Source: Myxococcota bacterium
Lineage (GTDB): Bacteria > Myxococcota_A > Polyangia > DRWM01
DNA: 64,000 nucleotides
Direction of reading: 5' to 3'
Assembly: GCA_041309365.1 (NCBI GenBank)
Contig: JBFYZU010000103.1
Span: forward strand, 1,463-65,462
In this document: in pieces, positions 1 through 8,858 of the stretch
How the letters are laid out: every line of letters starts with the position of its first letter
Position numbering within the stretch: position 1 is the stretch's first letter
Translations under genes and position numbers: made by a program
The notes under the pieces: generated by a model
Told to the model about the DNA's origin: nothing
Seen by the model: the letters and a program-made list of their open reading frames with translations, nothing else
Databases searched by the model: none

Positions 1-9
1 AATGTCCAC

Positions 10-729
10 ATGATCAAGATCGGCTGCGCGGATTTTCCAATCCCTCCATCCAAGTACTTCAAGGAGTGGCGGCTGGTCGAGATCCAGCAGACATTGAGCC
101 GTTTTCCAGGGGAAGGCACTGTACAGAGGTGGCTCGCCGAGGCACCTGCAGGGTTCGAGTTCATTGTCCTTGCATCTCCACTCATCACGACCGAGCCAGG
201 CAGCCCGAACCTCAAGTACCAGGATCTGCCCCGTACCAAGGGTTCCGGCGCATTCGGGGGGTTCCGCATCAACGATATAACGCGCAAGGCCCTGGAGCAG
301 ACGCACGATCTGGCCTCCGACGTCGGAGCGCAACTCGTGCTCTTCCAGACCCCACCCGAGTTCAACTCCTCGAGGGCCCATCTCGAGCAGATGCGCAAGT
401 TCTTCGAAACCGTGGATCGCGGCAAGTTCACCTACGCCTGGGAGCCGGTGGGGAACTGGGCACCAAAGACGGTCCTCAAGGTTTCCGAGAGCCTGGATCT
501 GATCCCCTGCGTCAACCCCCTCGAATTCGAACCGCTCCCCGATGGTCTCACCGCGTACTTCCACCTCAATGGCCCGGCCGGTTTCCGGTCCCGCTACGAG
601 GAGGAGAGCCTGCAGGACCTTGTGCTCGTCTGCCGCCGATACGACGAGGTCTACTGCGTGTTCACCAACATAGACATGCACAACGACACGATGAGGTTCA
701 AGCGGCTCATCGACAAGACTCCCCGCTAG
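10..729 (+). CDS. DUF72 (YecE-like) family protein
   Basis: 239-aa ORF starting at an ATG at 10. N-terminus MIKIG...EWRLVEIQ and FEFIVLASPLIT resemble the DUF72 conserved blocks (IGTSGW / VEINxTFY / FxVKAPRxIT). Confidence 0.55.
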   Translation: MIKIGCADFPIPPSKYFKEWRLVEIQQTLSRFPGEGTVQRWLAEAPAGFEFIVLASPLITTEPGSPNLKYQDLPRTKGSGAFGGFRINDITRKALEQTHDLASDVGAQLVLFQTPPEFNSSRAHLEQMRKFFETVDRGKFTYAWEPVGNWAPKTVLKVSESLDLIPCVNPLEFEPLPDGLTAYFHLNGPAGFRSRYEEESLQDLVLVCRRYDEVYCVFTNIDMHNDTMRFKRLIDKTPR

Positions 730-735
730 CCATCT

Positions 736-1380
736 TCACGAAGAGGGTTCAGAGAACACCTTCCATGTGAGCTCGGCCCTGCCAAGTGCCCCTGTGAAGA
801 GCAGCGAGAACGAACCGATGGATGGATCCAGGACGTCCTGACCTCCGGGCCCGCTGCGAGGGAAGTTGAAGAGAAAAGTGTTCCTGTAGATAGTGATCGT
901 CGTGTAGTAGGCCAACATCTCCGGCCCGGGATCGAGCTTCTCGATGTCCATGGGTGCAACCTCGCCACCCACATCGTTCACCAGGGCGATGGTCCAGGGA
1001 GTGTCCTTTCTCGTGAAGTCCGCCCACTTCGGCTTGTTGGCCGTCGCGGTCACGATAAACTCGTGCGACGAGTCGTGCGCGACCCTCTGCTCCTCGACAA
1101 GCGCCTCGACCTTCTCGGGCGTGAGCCTGTAGTCGTCCGCATAGCGCTGGACCCAGGCCTGCCTGAACTCCCAGGAACGATAGGTCGCACTCACTGTCAG
1201 GGCGTTCTCCAGGGTGTCGAGGTTGTACGCCTGTGCATCTCTCGTCCATCTCTCGAAGATCCGCTCGTAGTCACGACTCCCGAAGCTCTGCTGGGCCTGC
1301 GAGAGGTTGACCGGCAGGGGCTTGCAAGCTGCCAGCACGAGGACAGCCATGGCGGCGAGCTTTTCAGCGCGGCGAGGCAT
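736..1380 (-). CDS. hypothetical lipoprotein
   Basis: 214-aa ORF. N-terminal signal peptide with lipobox (VLVLAAC). No recognisable catalytic motif. The true start may be the internal Met (MAVLVLAAC) near 1350, which would avoid overlap with pyrE. Confidence 0.45.
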   Translation of the reverse strand: MPRRAEKLAAMAVLVLAACKPLPVNLSQAQQSFGSRDYERIFERWTRDAQAYNLDTLENALTVSATYRSWEFRQAWVQRYADDYRLTPEKVEALVEEQRVAHDSSHEFIVTATANKPKWADFTRKDTPWTIALVNDVGGEVAPMDIEKLDPGPEMLAYYTTITIYRNTFLFNFPRSGPGGQDVLDPSIGSFSLLFTGALGRAELTWKVFSEPSS

Positions 1381-1927
1381 CCATGAAGTCTCCGCGCGTG
1401 AACACCGTCACGAGCTTCACGTCGAGGTCTTCGATGACAGCACGGCCCCCCTCGACACGGTCGACGAGAACAGCGGCGCCGACCACGACGAGGCCGGTGG
1501 CACGGGCCTGCTCGATACCGAATACCAGGGAACCACCCGTGGTGAGCACGTCCTCCACCATGACCACCCGGCCGCCCGGTCTGATGCCCTCGAGCCCGTC
1601 GAGCTTCTGCCCCATGCCGTGATCCTTGCGACTCTTGCGCACGTAGAAGGCGTTGAGCTCGATCCCTCGGCCATGGGCGACAGTGCTCACCGCGCTCACC
1701 AGGGGGCAACCTCCGACCGCCACCCCCCCCACACCGTCGAGCGGCCCGAGGCCGGAAATGGCATCGAGCACGATGTTGCCCACGAGATGGTGCGCCTCGG
1801 ATCTGAGAACCGTGGCCTTGCAGTCGATGAAGAAGTCGCTCCGCCTGCCCGAAGCCAGGAGGAACTCGTCTGGCCTCCCGCGCCTGAAGGAGTGCTCCCT
1901 GAGCAGCTCGAGCAATCTCTGCCTCAT
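1364..1927 (-). CDS. pyrE: orotate phosphoribosyltransferase
   Basis: Type I PRTase PRPP-binding motif VMVEDVLTTGGS and the FFIDCK block, in a 187-aa protein typical of PyrE. Confidence 0.85.
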   Translation of the reverse strand: MRQRLLELLREHSFRRGRPDEFLLASGRRSDFFIDCKATVLRSEAHHLVGNIVLDAISGLGPLDGVGGVAVGGCPLVSAVSTVAHGRGIELNAFYVRKSRKDHGMGQKLDGLEGIRPGGRVVMVEDVLTTGGSLVFGIEQARATGLVVVGAAVLVDRVEGGRAVIEDLDVKLVTVFTRGDFMDASPR

Positions 1928-2385
1928 CTGCTCTCCCCGAGGGCCGCCGTTGGCTTCACGATGATCTGCGATCTGTCGCCCGTCACCGCGGGAGGCCTCG
2001 GAGCGGCGGACCTCGACCGCTGGACGGTGACGGGATCCCTGGGAAGGGCTTCACGCTGTGCGGCAATGGTCCGAGGCGCCGTGGCGTCGGGGAGCATGGC
2101 CTCGAACCCGGGGCCCTCGCCCGAGAAATCCAGCGCAGGTGCCATGATCCGGCCAGCCACCACGGCACCCGGATCGACCTGCACCGGACGATCGGAGTGC
2201 AGAACGCCACTCAGGCGGCCCGACAGGTGGCCTCCCGAGCAGGTGGCCTCTCCCGAGATCGCGCCTGATGGACTCACCACGAGGCGCCCCGTGACGAAGA
2301 CCTTTCCTTCGAGCGTGCCCTCGATGACGAGATCGCCATCGACATGGAAGCTGCCCCTGACGGTAACTGATTGCTCGATATTCAA
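1924..2385 (-). CDS. bactofilin (polymer-forming cytoskeletal protein, DUF583)
   Basis: Repetitive beta-helical pattern (GxVxGxL/V... VxG) over about 110 aa with a Pro-rich tail. The stop overlaps the pyrE start by 4 nt (ATGA coupling). Confidence 0.75.
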   Translation of the reverse strand: MNIEQSVTVRGSFHVDGDLVIEGTLEGKVFVTGRLVVSPSGAISGEATCSGGHLSGRLSGVLHSDRPVQVDPGAVVAGRIMAPALDFSGEGPGFEAMLPDATAPRTIAAQREALPRDPVTVQRSRSAAPRPPAVTGDRSQIIVKPTAALGESR

Positions 2386-2524
2386 TGGTCACTCCGATGA
2401 CGGCCGCGCAAGGTCGCTCATGCGGATGCGAGTGTATCCATTCGCCCGTGCATTGACAACCGGCCTGGGAACCCACGCCCCCCGGGGCTGTCGAATGCCC
2501 AGTGAGACGTAAGGAGCGTGAACC

Positions 2525-3043
2525 ATGAAGCGTGACAACGGAATCGGACCCACGACCGGAGAGCCGGACATGATTCCTGTGATGAACCTGGTCTGCCTGC
2601 TCATCCCGTTCATGCTTCTGACCGCCACATTCGTCCAGTACGCCGCCTTGACGGTGACGGCACCCCGTCTCAATCCCGCGGGCCAGCCGGATGGAAGCGA
2701 ACCCCCCCGACTGGGGCTCACAGTGCTCGTCACCGACCGAGGGTTCACTCTCTCGGCCCATGGCAAGGTCCTGGGCCAAAGCGCCCTGGAGGTGGATGCG
2801 CAAGAAACCTATGGGCCAAGCATCCCGGTTCGCGGCAGCGAAGCGTCGGCCGATCTCGACTTCGAAAAGCTCACGCGGATGCTCCGTGACATCAAGGACG
2901 ACAACGAGGGGGAGACGAGCATCATGATAGGCGCCGAGCGCAACGTCGACTTCGGGACGATCGTCAAGGTCATGGACGCGAGCCGCGAGGACCAGAAGGG
3001 GGAGCTGTTTCCCCAGGTGACCTGGCTTTCCGGAGTCATGTGA
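2525..3043 (+). CDS. exbD: ExbD/TolR-family biopolymer transport protein (orphan, no ExbB/TolQ partner in window)
   Basis: 172 aa. N-terminal IPVMNLVCLLIPFMLL single TM helix plus a periplasmic domain typical of ExbD/TolR. AAGGAG RBS 8 nt upstream of the ATG. Confidence 0.75.
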   Translation: MKRDNGIGPTTGEPDMIPVMNLVCLLIPFMLLTATFVQYAALTVTAPRLNPAGQPDGSEPPRLGLTVLVTDRGFTLSAHGKVLGQSALEVDAQETYGPSIPVRGSEASADLDFEKLTRMLRDIKDDNEGETSIMIGAERNVDFGTIVKVMDASREDQKGELFPQVTWLSGVM

Positions 3044-3071
3044 CTGTTCTTCTGCTGAAAGGAGGTCGACC

Positions 3072-4493
3072 ATGGGAACCGGCGAGAGACGTTCGACACC
3101 TGCAGGCCAGGCAGCCGTACCGAGAATCGGGCTCTTGATCGGTGGGCGTCTCATCGAGGAGCACGTCGCGCGTGACGGCGGTCACGTGACCGTGGGGCGG
3201 TCAGGACGGTGCAGCATGACGCTGTCCGGCTCGGACATGCCCTGGAAGCACACGCTGCTCGAGCTTCGGCGGGGCACCTATCACATCAACCTGACGGACT
3301 CCATGACCGGGAGGGTGCACGCGGCTGACGGCGTGGTGGACATCGAGGACACTGCCTCGCGACGTATCGCGCTGGACGATCGGAGCCGGGGACGCATCGG
3401 TTGGGGAGGCGCCACGCTCCTGTTCCACTTCGTACCGGCCAGTGCACCACGTCCCCGCCCCCAGCTCCCCTCGGGCGTGAGGGGCGCCTGGGCGAGCGCC
3501 GTCCTGTCCTTGTTTCTGGCGGCCGAGGGCTTCATCGGCTGGGTGTGGGCCTGCTCGTTCGTGGCGAGCATCGCCATGGTGGCCTTCTTCCACCTCGGCG
3601 ACTGGTCCATCGAGGATCAGGGCTTCAGGGTCGAGACAATCTACGACAGGCTCCTCGTGCAACCTGTGGACCGACCAGAGCCTCTCCAGGGCGAGTCCTC
3701 GTCCGGCAACGCGAAGAGCGTGGCCGCGCAGGACGAGGGGGATCTCCGAAAGGTCGTGGACGAACAGGGCCGGATGCAGCAAGCCGCGCATCACGAGCCT
3801 CGCAAGGGGCCTTCGGGAGTCGAGCAGCGAGCGGCGAGCGAAGCGGCCAGAAAGGCGAGACTCGAGGCGGCCCTGAACGACACCGCGCTGCTCACGGTCC
3901 TCGGTTCCGTCGCTGGCGACCAGGCCGGAACCGGGGGGGACATGCTCAAGGGGGGTGGCGTTTCCACCGACATCGACAACGTGCTGTCCAAGGTCGCCAT
4001 GGTCAAGACCGGTGGGCAGGGCGAGACGACCGATTCTTTGGGCGGTGACCTCTGGCCACAGGGCTCGCAGGATGTGGCTCACATCGGGGGACCCGTCGAC
4101 GTGCAGGCCGTGTCGGGCAAGGTCGACAGCGGCTGGGTGTCGGAGAAGCCGATCAAGGGCATGGCCAGCTCCAAGGGCGGGCAGGATGTGGGGGGTGCCG
4201 GGATCCTGGATACGGGATCCGTGAACAAGGTCGTCAAGGGCAACATGGCGGCACTTCGCAACTGCTACGAGAAGGGTCTCAAGAACGACGAGACGCTCGA
4301 AGGCAAGATCTCCGTGAAGTTCACGATCGGCACCAGCGGCTACGTCACCGGCACTGCGGCCCAGGACGATACGCTGGGGGATCCGGCCGTGGCGACCTGC
4401 GTGCTCGACAAGTTCTCCCACATGAAGTTCGACAAGCCCGCCGGCGGAGAAATCACCTTCGTCTTTCCCATCGTGTTCAAGTCGGCTAGATAG
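3072..4493 (+). CDS. FHA-domain protein with AgmX/PglI-type C-terminal (TonB-C-like) domain (GltG/PglI-like gliding-motor component)
   Basis: N-terminus GRLIEEHVARDGGHVTVGRSGRCSMTL...TGRV fits an FHA fold. A central hydrophobic segment (AVLSLFLAAEGFIGWVWACSFVASIAMVAFF). A Gly/Ser-rich linker. A C-terminal about 90 aa (VVKGNMAALRNCYEKGL...KISVKFTIGTSGYV...GGEITFVFPIVF) matching the AgmX/PglI C-terminal domain. GGAGG RBS. Confidence 0.65.
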   Translation: MGTGERRSTPAGQAAVPRIGLLIGGRLIEEHVARDGGHVTVGRSGRCSMTLSGSDMPWKHTLLELRRGTYHINLTDSMTGRVHAADGVVDIEDTASRRIALDDRSRGRIGWGGATLLFHFVPASAPRPRPQLPSGVRGAWASAVLSLFLAAEGFIGWVWACSFVASIAMVAFFHLGDWSIEDQGFRVETIYDRLLVQPVDRPEPLQGESSSGNAKSVAAQDEGDLRKVVDEQGRMQQAAHHEPRKGPSGVEQRAASEAARKARLEAALNDTALLTVLGSVAGDQAGTGGDMLKGGGVSTDIDNVLSKVAMVKTGGQGETTDSLGGDLWPQGSQDVAHIGGPVDVQAVSGKVDSGWVSEKPIKGMASSKGGQDVGGAGILDTGSVNKVVKGNMAALRNCYEKGLKNDETLEGKISVKFTIGTSGYVTGTAAQDDTLGDPAVATCVLDKFSHMKFDKPAGGEITFVFPIVFKSAR

Positions 4494-4499
4494 ATCCAT

Positions 4500-5552
4500 G
4501 TGAAGCTGCCTGTGACCAGCTGCCTGTGGGTCATCATCGCGGCCAGCGCCTGGACAGGCTGCAGGGCGAGCCCGGCACCATCGAGGGTCGGATCCGCGGA
4601 TGGAACCGGATCGTGCCGCGCGGTGCTGGAAAAGGACGTGCAGGCCTTCCTGTCGAAGAGACAACCCGCCTACATGTCATCGAGGCTGAAGGCCCGGGCA
4701 TGGCTCGATGAATTGAGCGTGGATCCCGAAGAGCTCAGGACCCACGGCATCAAGGGCAAGAAGAAGCTCGTGGAGCTTCTCGACGGCTACGTGTGGATGA
4801 TGCGAAGCCCACTGCCAGGCGAGGAAAAATGGCTTCGCGAGAGGATAGAGCACGTGGTGGCCATCACCCGGACCGACGGCTACAACGACATGGCCGATGT
4901 GGACGACCTCACCTTCAAGCAGGACGCCACGAGCTACATGCGGGCCGCCTACCTCATGGACGGACTGGGCCTGGACACAACGTTCTACCGCGAACAGATG
5001 GAGAAGGTGAAGCCACGATATGACGCTCACATGAGCGGGCGTGGGCCTGCCCAGCAGATGATCTTCCACCTCTACTACCAGCACTTCGGGCTTGCCGAGC
5101 CGTTCCCCCTGGACAGGGCCTTCGAGAAAGGCGTCATCGCCGGCAGGCCAGACCCGGCCGGGCTCGAACGGATGGACATCTATCACCTCACCCACGAGAT
5201 CTTCATGCCCTTTCGCTACGGTGAGGTGCGGGAGACGGATTTCTTCGACGAGAGCGACGTGACGTACCTGACAGGGGCCCTGCCGGTGCTCGTGAAACGT
5301 CGCATCCAGGCCCGCGATCCCGATCTCGTCGCGGAGCTCGTGCTGTGCATGGAGTATCTCGACCTCGAGAACCACTCGGCCTATCTGGACGGGCTCGGAT
5401 ACCTGCTCGAGAACCAGAACGAGGATGGTAGCTGGGGACATTACCCGGACGCGGATCGCAGCTTTGGCGAGTGGGCCAGCTACCACGTGTACCTGCACAC
5501 GACGAAGCTGGCAGCTTCCGCCCTCATCAACGCCTGGCGATGTCCCGATTGA
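4500..5552 (+). CDS. hypothetical lipoprotein
   Basis: Signal peptide with lipobox (SAWTGC). 350 aa with no recognised motifs. Lies 6 nt downstream of the FHA/AgmX-C gene. Confidence 0.45.
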   Translation: MKLPVTSCLWVIIAASAWTGCRASPAPSRVGSADGTGSCRAVLEKDVQAFLSKRQPAYMSSRLKARAWLDELSVDPEELRTHGIKGKKKLVELLDGYVWMMRSPLPGEEKWLRERIEHVVAITRTDGYNDMADVDDLTFKQDATSYMRAAYLMDGLGLDTTFYREQMEKVKPRYDAHMSGRGPAQQMIFHLYYQHFGLAEPFPLDRAFEKGVIAGRPDPAGLERMDIYHLTHEIFMPFRYGEVRETDFFDESDVTYLTGALPVLVKRRIQARDPDLVAELVLCMEYLDLENHSAYLDGLGYLLENQNEDGSWGHYPDADRSFGEWASYHVYLHTTKLAASALINAWRCPD

Positions 5553-5569
5553 GCTGGGCTCCCCCAGCT

Positions 5570-6346
5570 TCAGGTGATGGTGTCCACTCGCACGAGCACA
5601 ACGGTGATGTTGTCCTCGCCGCCGTTCTCGTTGGCCTTCTGCACGAGCATACGGGCAGCGGCGTCCAGATCCGACTCGGCCCTGAGGATCTCCTGCATGG
5701 TGGCATCCTCGATCATCCCGCTCAGCCCATCGGAGCACAGCAAGAAGACGTCGCCCGGCTCCACGGGGACTCGGCTGAGATCCACCTGGACGGTGGCCTG
5801 CATGCCGAGCGCGCGGGTGATGACGTTGGTGGGGATGGCCTGCTTGCGTTCCTCGGTCATGTCCGGCATGGCGTCCAGGTAATCGTTGAGGAGCGAGTGA
5901 TCCCTGGTGACCTGGGAGAGGATTCCACCGCGGTGGAGGTAGCAGCGGCTGTCGCCGACGTGCCCCACGTAACCCAACGCTCCCTGGCCGGAGAAGCAGA
6001 GCGAGACCACCGTGGTCCCCATGCCCTCGGTCGAGGAAGGCTGACTCGATTCGTGGTAGATGGCCTTGTTCGCCACCTGTATCCCGCCGATGAGCCTGTT
6101 CTCCTCGTACGAGAGGTTCGTGTCGAAGTGGAACGGCCAGGTGGTGTCCTCGCTCTCGGTGTGCTTGAAGAAGGAGGAGATCCGCTCCACGGCCATCCTG
6201 GAAGCCACGTCACCGGCGTTATGCCCCCCCATGCCGTCGGCCACGATGGCGAGATCGTACTCGGGCATCAGCAGGTAAGCATCCTCGTTGTGCTCCCGCT
6301 CCTTGCCAACGTCGGTGAGTCCCACCACGACGAGCTTCATGGTCAT
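5570..6346 (-). CDS. PP2C-family Ser/Thr protein phosphatase
   Basis: Motifs VADGMGGH, GTTVV, VGDSRCY and LLCSDGL...GGEDNITVVLV are diagnostic of bacterial PPM/PP2C (Stp1-like). Confidence 0.85.
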   Translation of the reverse strand: MTMKLVVVGLTDVGKEREHNEDAYLLMPEYDLAIVADGMGGHNAGDVASRMAVERISSFFKHTESEDTTWPFHFDTNLSYEENRLIGGIQVANKAIYHESSQPSSTEGMGTTVVSLCFSGQGALGYVGHVGDSRCYLHRGGILSQVTRDHSLLNDYLDAMPDMTEERKQAIPTNVITRALGMQATVQVDLSRVPVEPGDVFLLCSDGLSGMIEDATMQEILRAESDLDAAARMLVQKANENGGEDNITVVLVRVDTIT

Positions 6347-6494
6347 CTCGCCAGCTCATCCTCGCATTGCTACAAGACCAATCTGAACGTTTTTTCCAGA
6401 TGTTAAGGGGGTTGTCAAGACAAGAGGTGAAGCAATCCCAACGTCGAGCCGGGTGGGTTGCACCTCGGACCGCGGGATCATATAGTCGACATCC

Positions 6495-7034
6495 ATGGGA
6501 GTGACAACGTTTTTCATCCCACAACTCAAGATCGACGTCTGGGTCGGGGATGGCCGGATCGACTTCGACGGGACCTCGCTCGGCCTCACGGGCGATTCCC
6601 CCGGCATCGACCTCGAGCCGGCCGTCAGGTTCGTCAGCGAGGTGACGGGCACGGGAGATTCGACCAGCCTCGTGGGCAAGGTGTACTCCATCTCCGACAT
6701 CGCCGAGCTCGGGGCCGACCACTACCGCGACTCGGTGATCATCGGGGATGTGGCATACCAGGTCGTCGAGGGATACATCGCGACTCCGCGCAAGGTCATC
6801 ACCGAGGTTGCCCGGACATCTTACGGCAACGAGCCCGAACCCCAGGCATGGAAGAAGCAGAGGACATCCGTGGCTCCGGAACAGCACTCCGTGAAGCCCA
6901 GAAGCTCGCATCGCCCCAAGGCTCCGGCACCCGTCGAGGCTCCGAGGGAGGATGCGCCTGCCGTTGGCGAAAAGGCGAGCAAGCAGGCAACGGACGCCGA
7001 AGAGCTCGCCCGGCTCCTACTCGAAAAACTCTGA
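6495..7034 (+). CDS. hypothetical protein
   Basis: 179-aa ORF with good codon bias, divergent from the PP2C gene. Basic/Pro-rich C-terminus. No recognisable domain. Confidence 0.35.
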   Translation: MGVTTFFIPQLKIDVWVGDGRIDFDGTSLGLTGDSPGIDLEPAVRFVSEVTGTGDSTSLVGKVYSISDIAELGADHYRDSVIIGDVAYQVVEGYIATPRKVITEVARTSYGNEPEPQAWKKQRTSVAPEQHSVKPRSSHRPKAPAPVEAPREDAPAVGEKASKQATDAEELARLLLEKL

Positions 7035-7055
7035 AAGCACCGGATATCGATCGGA

Positions 7056-7589
7056 TCAGTTGGCGAGTGCGGTGGAGATACGCGCCTTTGCGGCGGCTCG
7101 CTGCAGGGGCTTCTCGATGTCCTTGAGGACCTTCTCCTCGGTACAACCCCGGGCGATGGCGATCTCCTTGACGATGAGGTTTTTTGCAAGCTCGAGCATG
7201 CGGCGCTCACCGAAGCTGAGGGTCTTGCCGCTCTTCAAGAGGCTCAGGTCACGAAAGACCTCGGCAATGTCGAACAGGTTGCCTGTCTTGATCTTCTCCA
7301 TGAACCCCCGGTAGCGGCGGTTCCAGGTCCGATTGTCGTGGGCAGGCGGCGTTTCGCCGATGATGGACATGATGACCTTGATCTGACGTTCCGAGACCAG
7401 CCCTCTCAAGCCAATCGACGAAGCGTTCGTCGTGGGGATCATGACCTTCATGTTGCTGTCAATGATCTTGAGAACATAGAACGACTGCTTGACGCCGGCT
7501 ATCTCCTTCTTGACGATCTCGACGACCTCGGCCACTCCCTGAGCAGGGCAAACGGCCTTGTCACCAACCTTGAACTCCATCTCTTTCAT
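7056..7589 (-). CDS. cdnL: CarD/CdnL-family RNA polymerase-binding transcription factor
   Basis: MKEMEFKVGDKAVCPAQGVAEVVEI... matches the CarD_CdnL_TRCF N-terminal RNAP-interacting domain. GGAGG RBS 5 nt upstream of the chosen ATG. The ORF-track start at 7619 is an upstream in-frame extension. Confidence 0.8.
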   Translation of the reverse strand: MKEMEFKVGDKAVCPAQGVAEVVEIVKKEIAGVKQSFYVLKIIDSNMKVMIPTTNASSIGLRGLVSERQIKVIMSIIGETPPAHDNRTWNRRYRGFMEKIKTGNLFDIAEVFRDLSLLKSGKTLSFGERRMLELAKNLIVKEIAIARGCTEEKVLKDIEKPLQRAAAKARISTALAN

Positions 7590-7644
7590 GGTGCCTCCGA
7601 CCAGCAGGCCGCCTGGCAACTGGATACAACAAGCAGCGCGTTAT

Positions 7645-7673
7645 ATTATGTCGACACAATACGATCCTGTCAA
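7645..7673 (-). promoter_or_regulatory. sigma70-like promoter of cdnL (-35 TTGACA, 17-nt spacer, -10 CATAAT)
   Basis: On the minus strand: TTGACAggatcgtattgtgtcgaCATAAT, in an AT-rich island 30-60 nt upstream of the cdnL RBS. Confidence 0.45.
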
Positions 7674-7715
7674 TCGAATCTTTATTCTCTATAGTATTTG
7701 CCAGGTTAAGCCAGG

Positions 7716-8858
7716 TTAAGCGACCTCGAAGCGCACGATGGCATCGAGTAGCCTGTTTAGTGCAGGCAGGTCGAAGACATCCTCGGCCATCTGAGGCACG
7801 ACATAGAGGGTGTGCTCGTGGCCGACCTTTTGAAGCAGCATTTCGAGGGTGCCAAGCTGGGTGTCGCTCAGGAGCTTCACGTTCTCGAAGTTCTCGTCGA
7901 TCTTTACCATGATCGTGGGCGGTAGCGGATCGGGGGGATCGTCCGTCTGGGGATACCCCGGATCGTTGCGAGGGCAGAGAGGCTCGAGGTGGTGCCCCTG
8001 GCCATCGTATCCCGAGTACAAGAGGACCCTGTTGGCCACGAAGAACTCCTGATCGAACCCCATCTCCTTGAGCATCGAATGGACCCGGATGCATTCAGGG
8101 ACGGTTTCCGGGGATGTGACGACGACGAACCCGATGTCACCGGTCTTGAGAAAGCTTTGCATCTGCAGCGACCGCGCATGGAAGCCCTTGAGCATGTCAC
8201 CGCCCAGGATGAGAAACTGCGCGACCTCCTCCACCAGTCCTTGACCGATGAGCCTCCCTATCACGCGCATCGTCATGCCCGTGCCGAGGCCCACGATACC
8301 ACGCCCCGGCAGCCCGCGGCCTCCCGCATCCATGAACAGGTTCAAGACCGGGCTCGTGACCGTCTTCTCGATGCGGGAAGGAGCCTCGAGGAAGTCCTTG
8401 GCGTGCTGCGATGGCGGAGTGTCCAGGATGATGCTGTCGAACACTCCCCTCTGCACGAGATCGAGAAGCACGTCCATGCACGCGAACTCGTGAAACCCGG
8501 CCAGCGTATGTCGCAGGTAGCGGAAGATGCGGTTCGTCTCGAAGTCAGAACTGGCGCCCGGATCCAGGTGACGGCGGGTGGCCATGTCGACCGCGCTCGT
8601 CGCATCGACCATCATGGCCCAGAGGTTCTCCCTCACGGGCACCTCCACCATGCCCTGCCCGGCCCTGTCCACGATCCCCTTGACCCCGAGGCTCTCGGCA
8701 AGACGCCGGGCAGGATCGATGGTGAGGCAGAGGGTGCGCCTGTCGTGCTGGGCGGCGAGCAGGCCCAGGGCCGAGGTGACCGTGGTCTTTCCGACCCCGC
8801 CAGGACCCAGGCAGACCAGGACCCGGTGAGCGTCTATCCAGTCCAGAAGTGACTTCAA
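7716..8858 (-). CDS. ArsA/GET3-family (anion-transporting-type) ATPase
   Basis: Deviant Walker A CLGPGGVGKTT. ArsA-like 380-aa architecture. Overlaps the upstream ctp gene by 4 nt. Confidence 0.75.
   Translation of the reverse strand: MKSLLDWIDAHRVLVCLGPGGVGKTTVTSALGLLAAQHDRRTLCLTIDPARRLAESLGVKGIVDRAGQGMVEVPVRENLWAMMVDATSAVDMATRRHLDPGASSDFETNRIFRYLRHTLAGFHEFACMDVLLDLVQRGVFDSIILDTPPSQHAKDFLEAPSRIEKTVTSPVLNLFMDAGGRGLPGRGIVGLGTGMTMRVIGRLIGQGLVEEVAQFLILGGDMLKGFHARSLQMQSFLKTGDIGFVVVTSPETVPECIRVHSMLKEMGFDQEFFVANRVLLYSGYDGQGHHLEPLCPRNDPGYPQTDDPPDPLPPTIMVKIDENFENVKLLSDTQLGTLEMLLQKVGHEHTLYVVPQMAEDVFDLPALNRLLDAIVRFEVA

Noticed and set aside
66-770. 234-aa ORF overlapping DUF72 gene in another frame
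   Set aside because: Arg/Pro-rich shadow frame. The DUF72 frame has the conserved blocks.
3201-4664. 487-aa minus-strand ORF
   Set aside because: Antisense to the FHA/AgmX-C gene and lipoprotein. It is low complexity. The sense-strand genes have clear domains and RBS.
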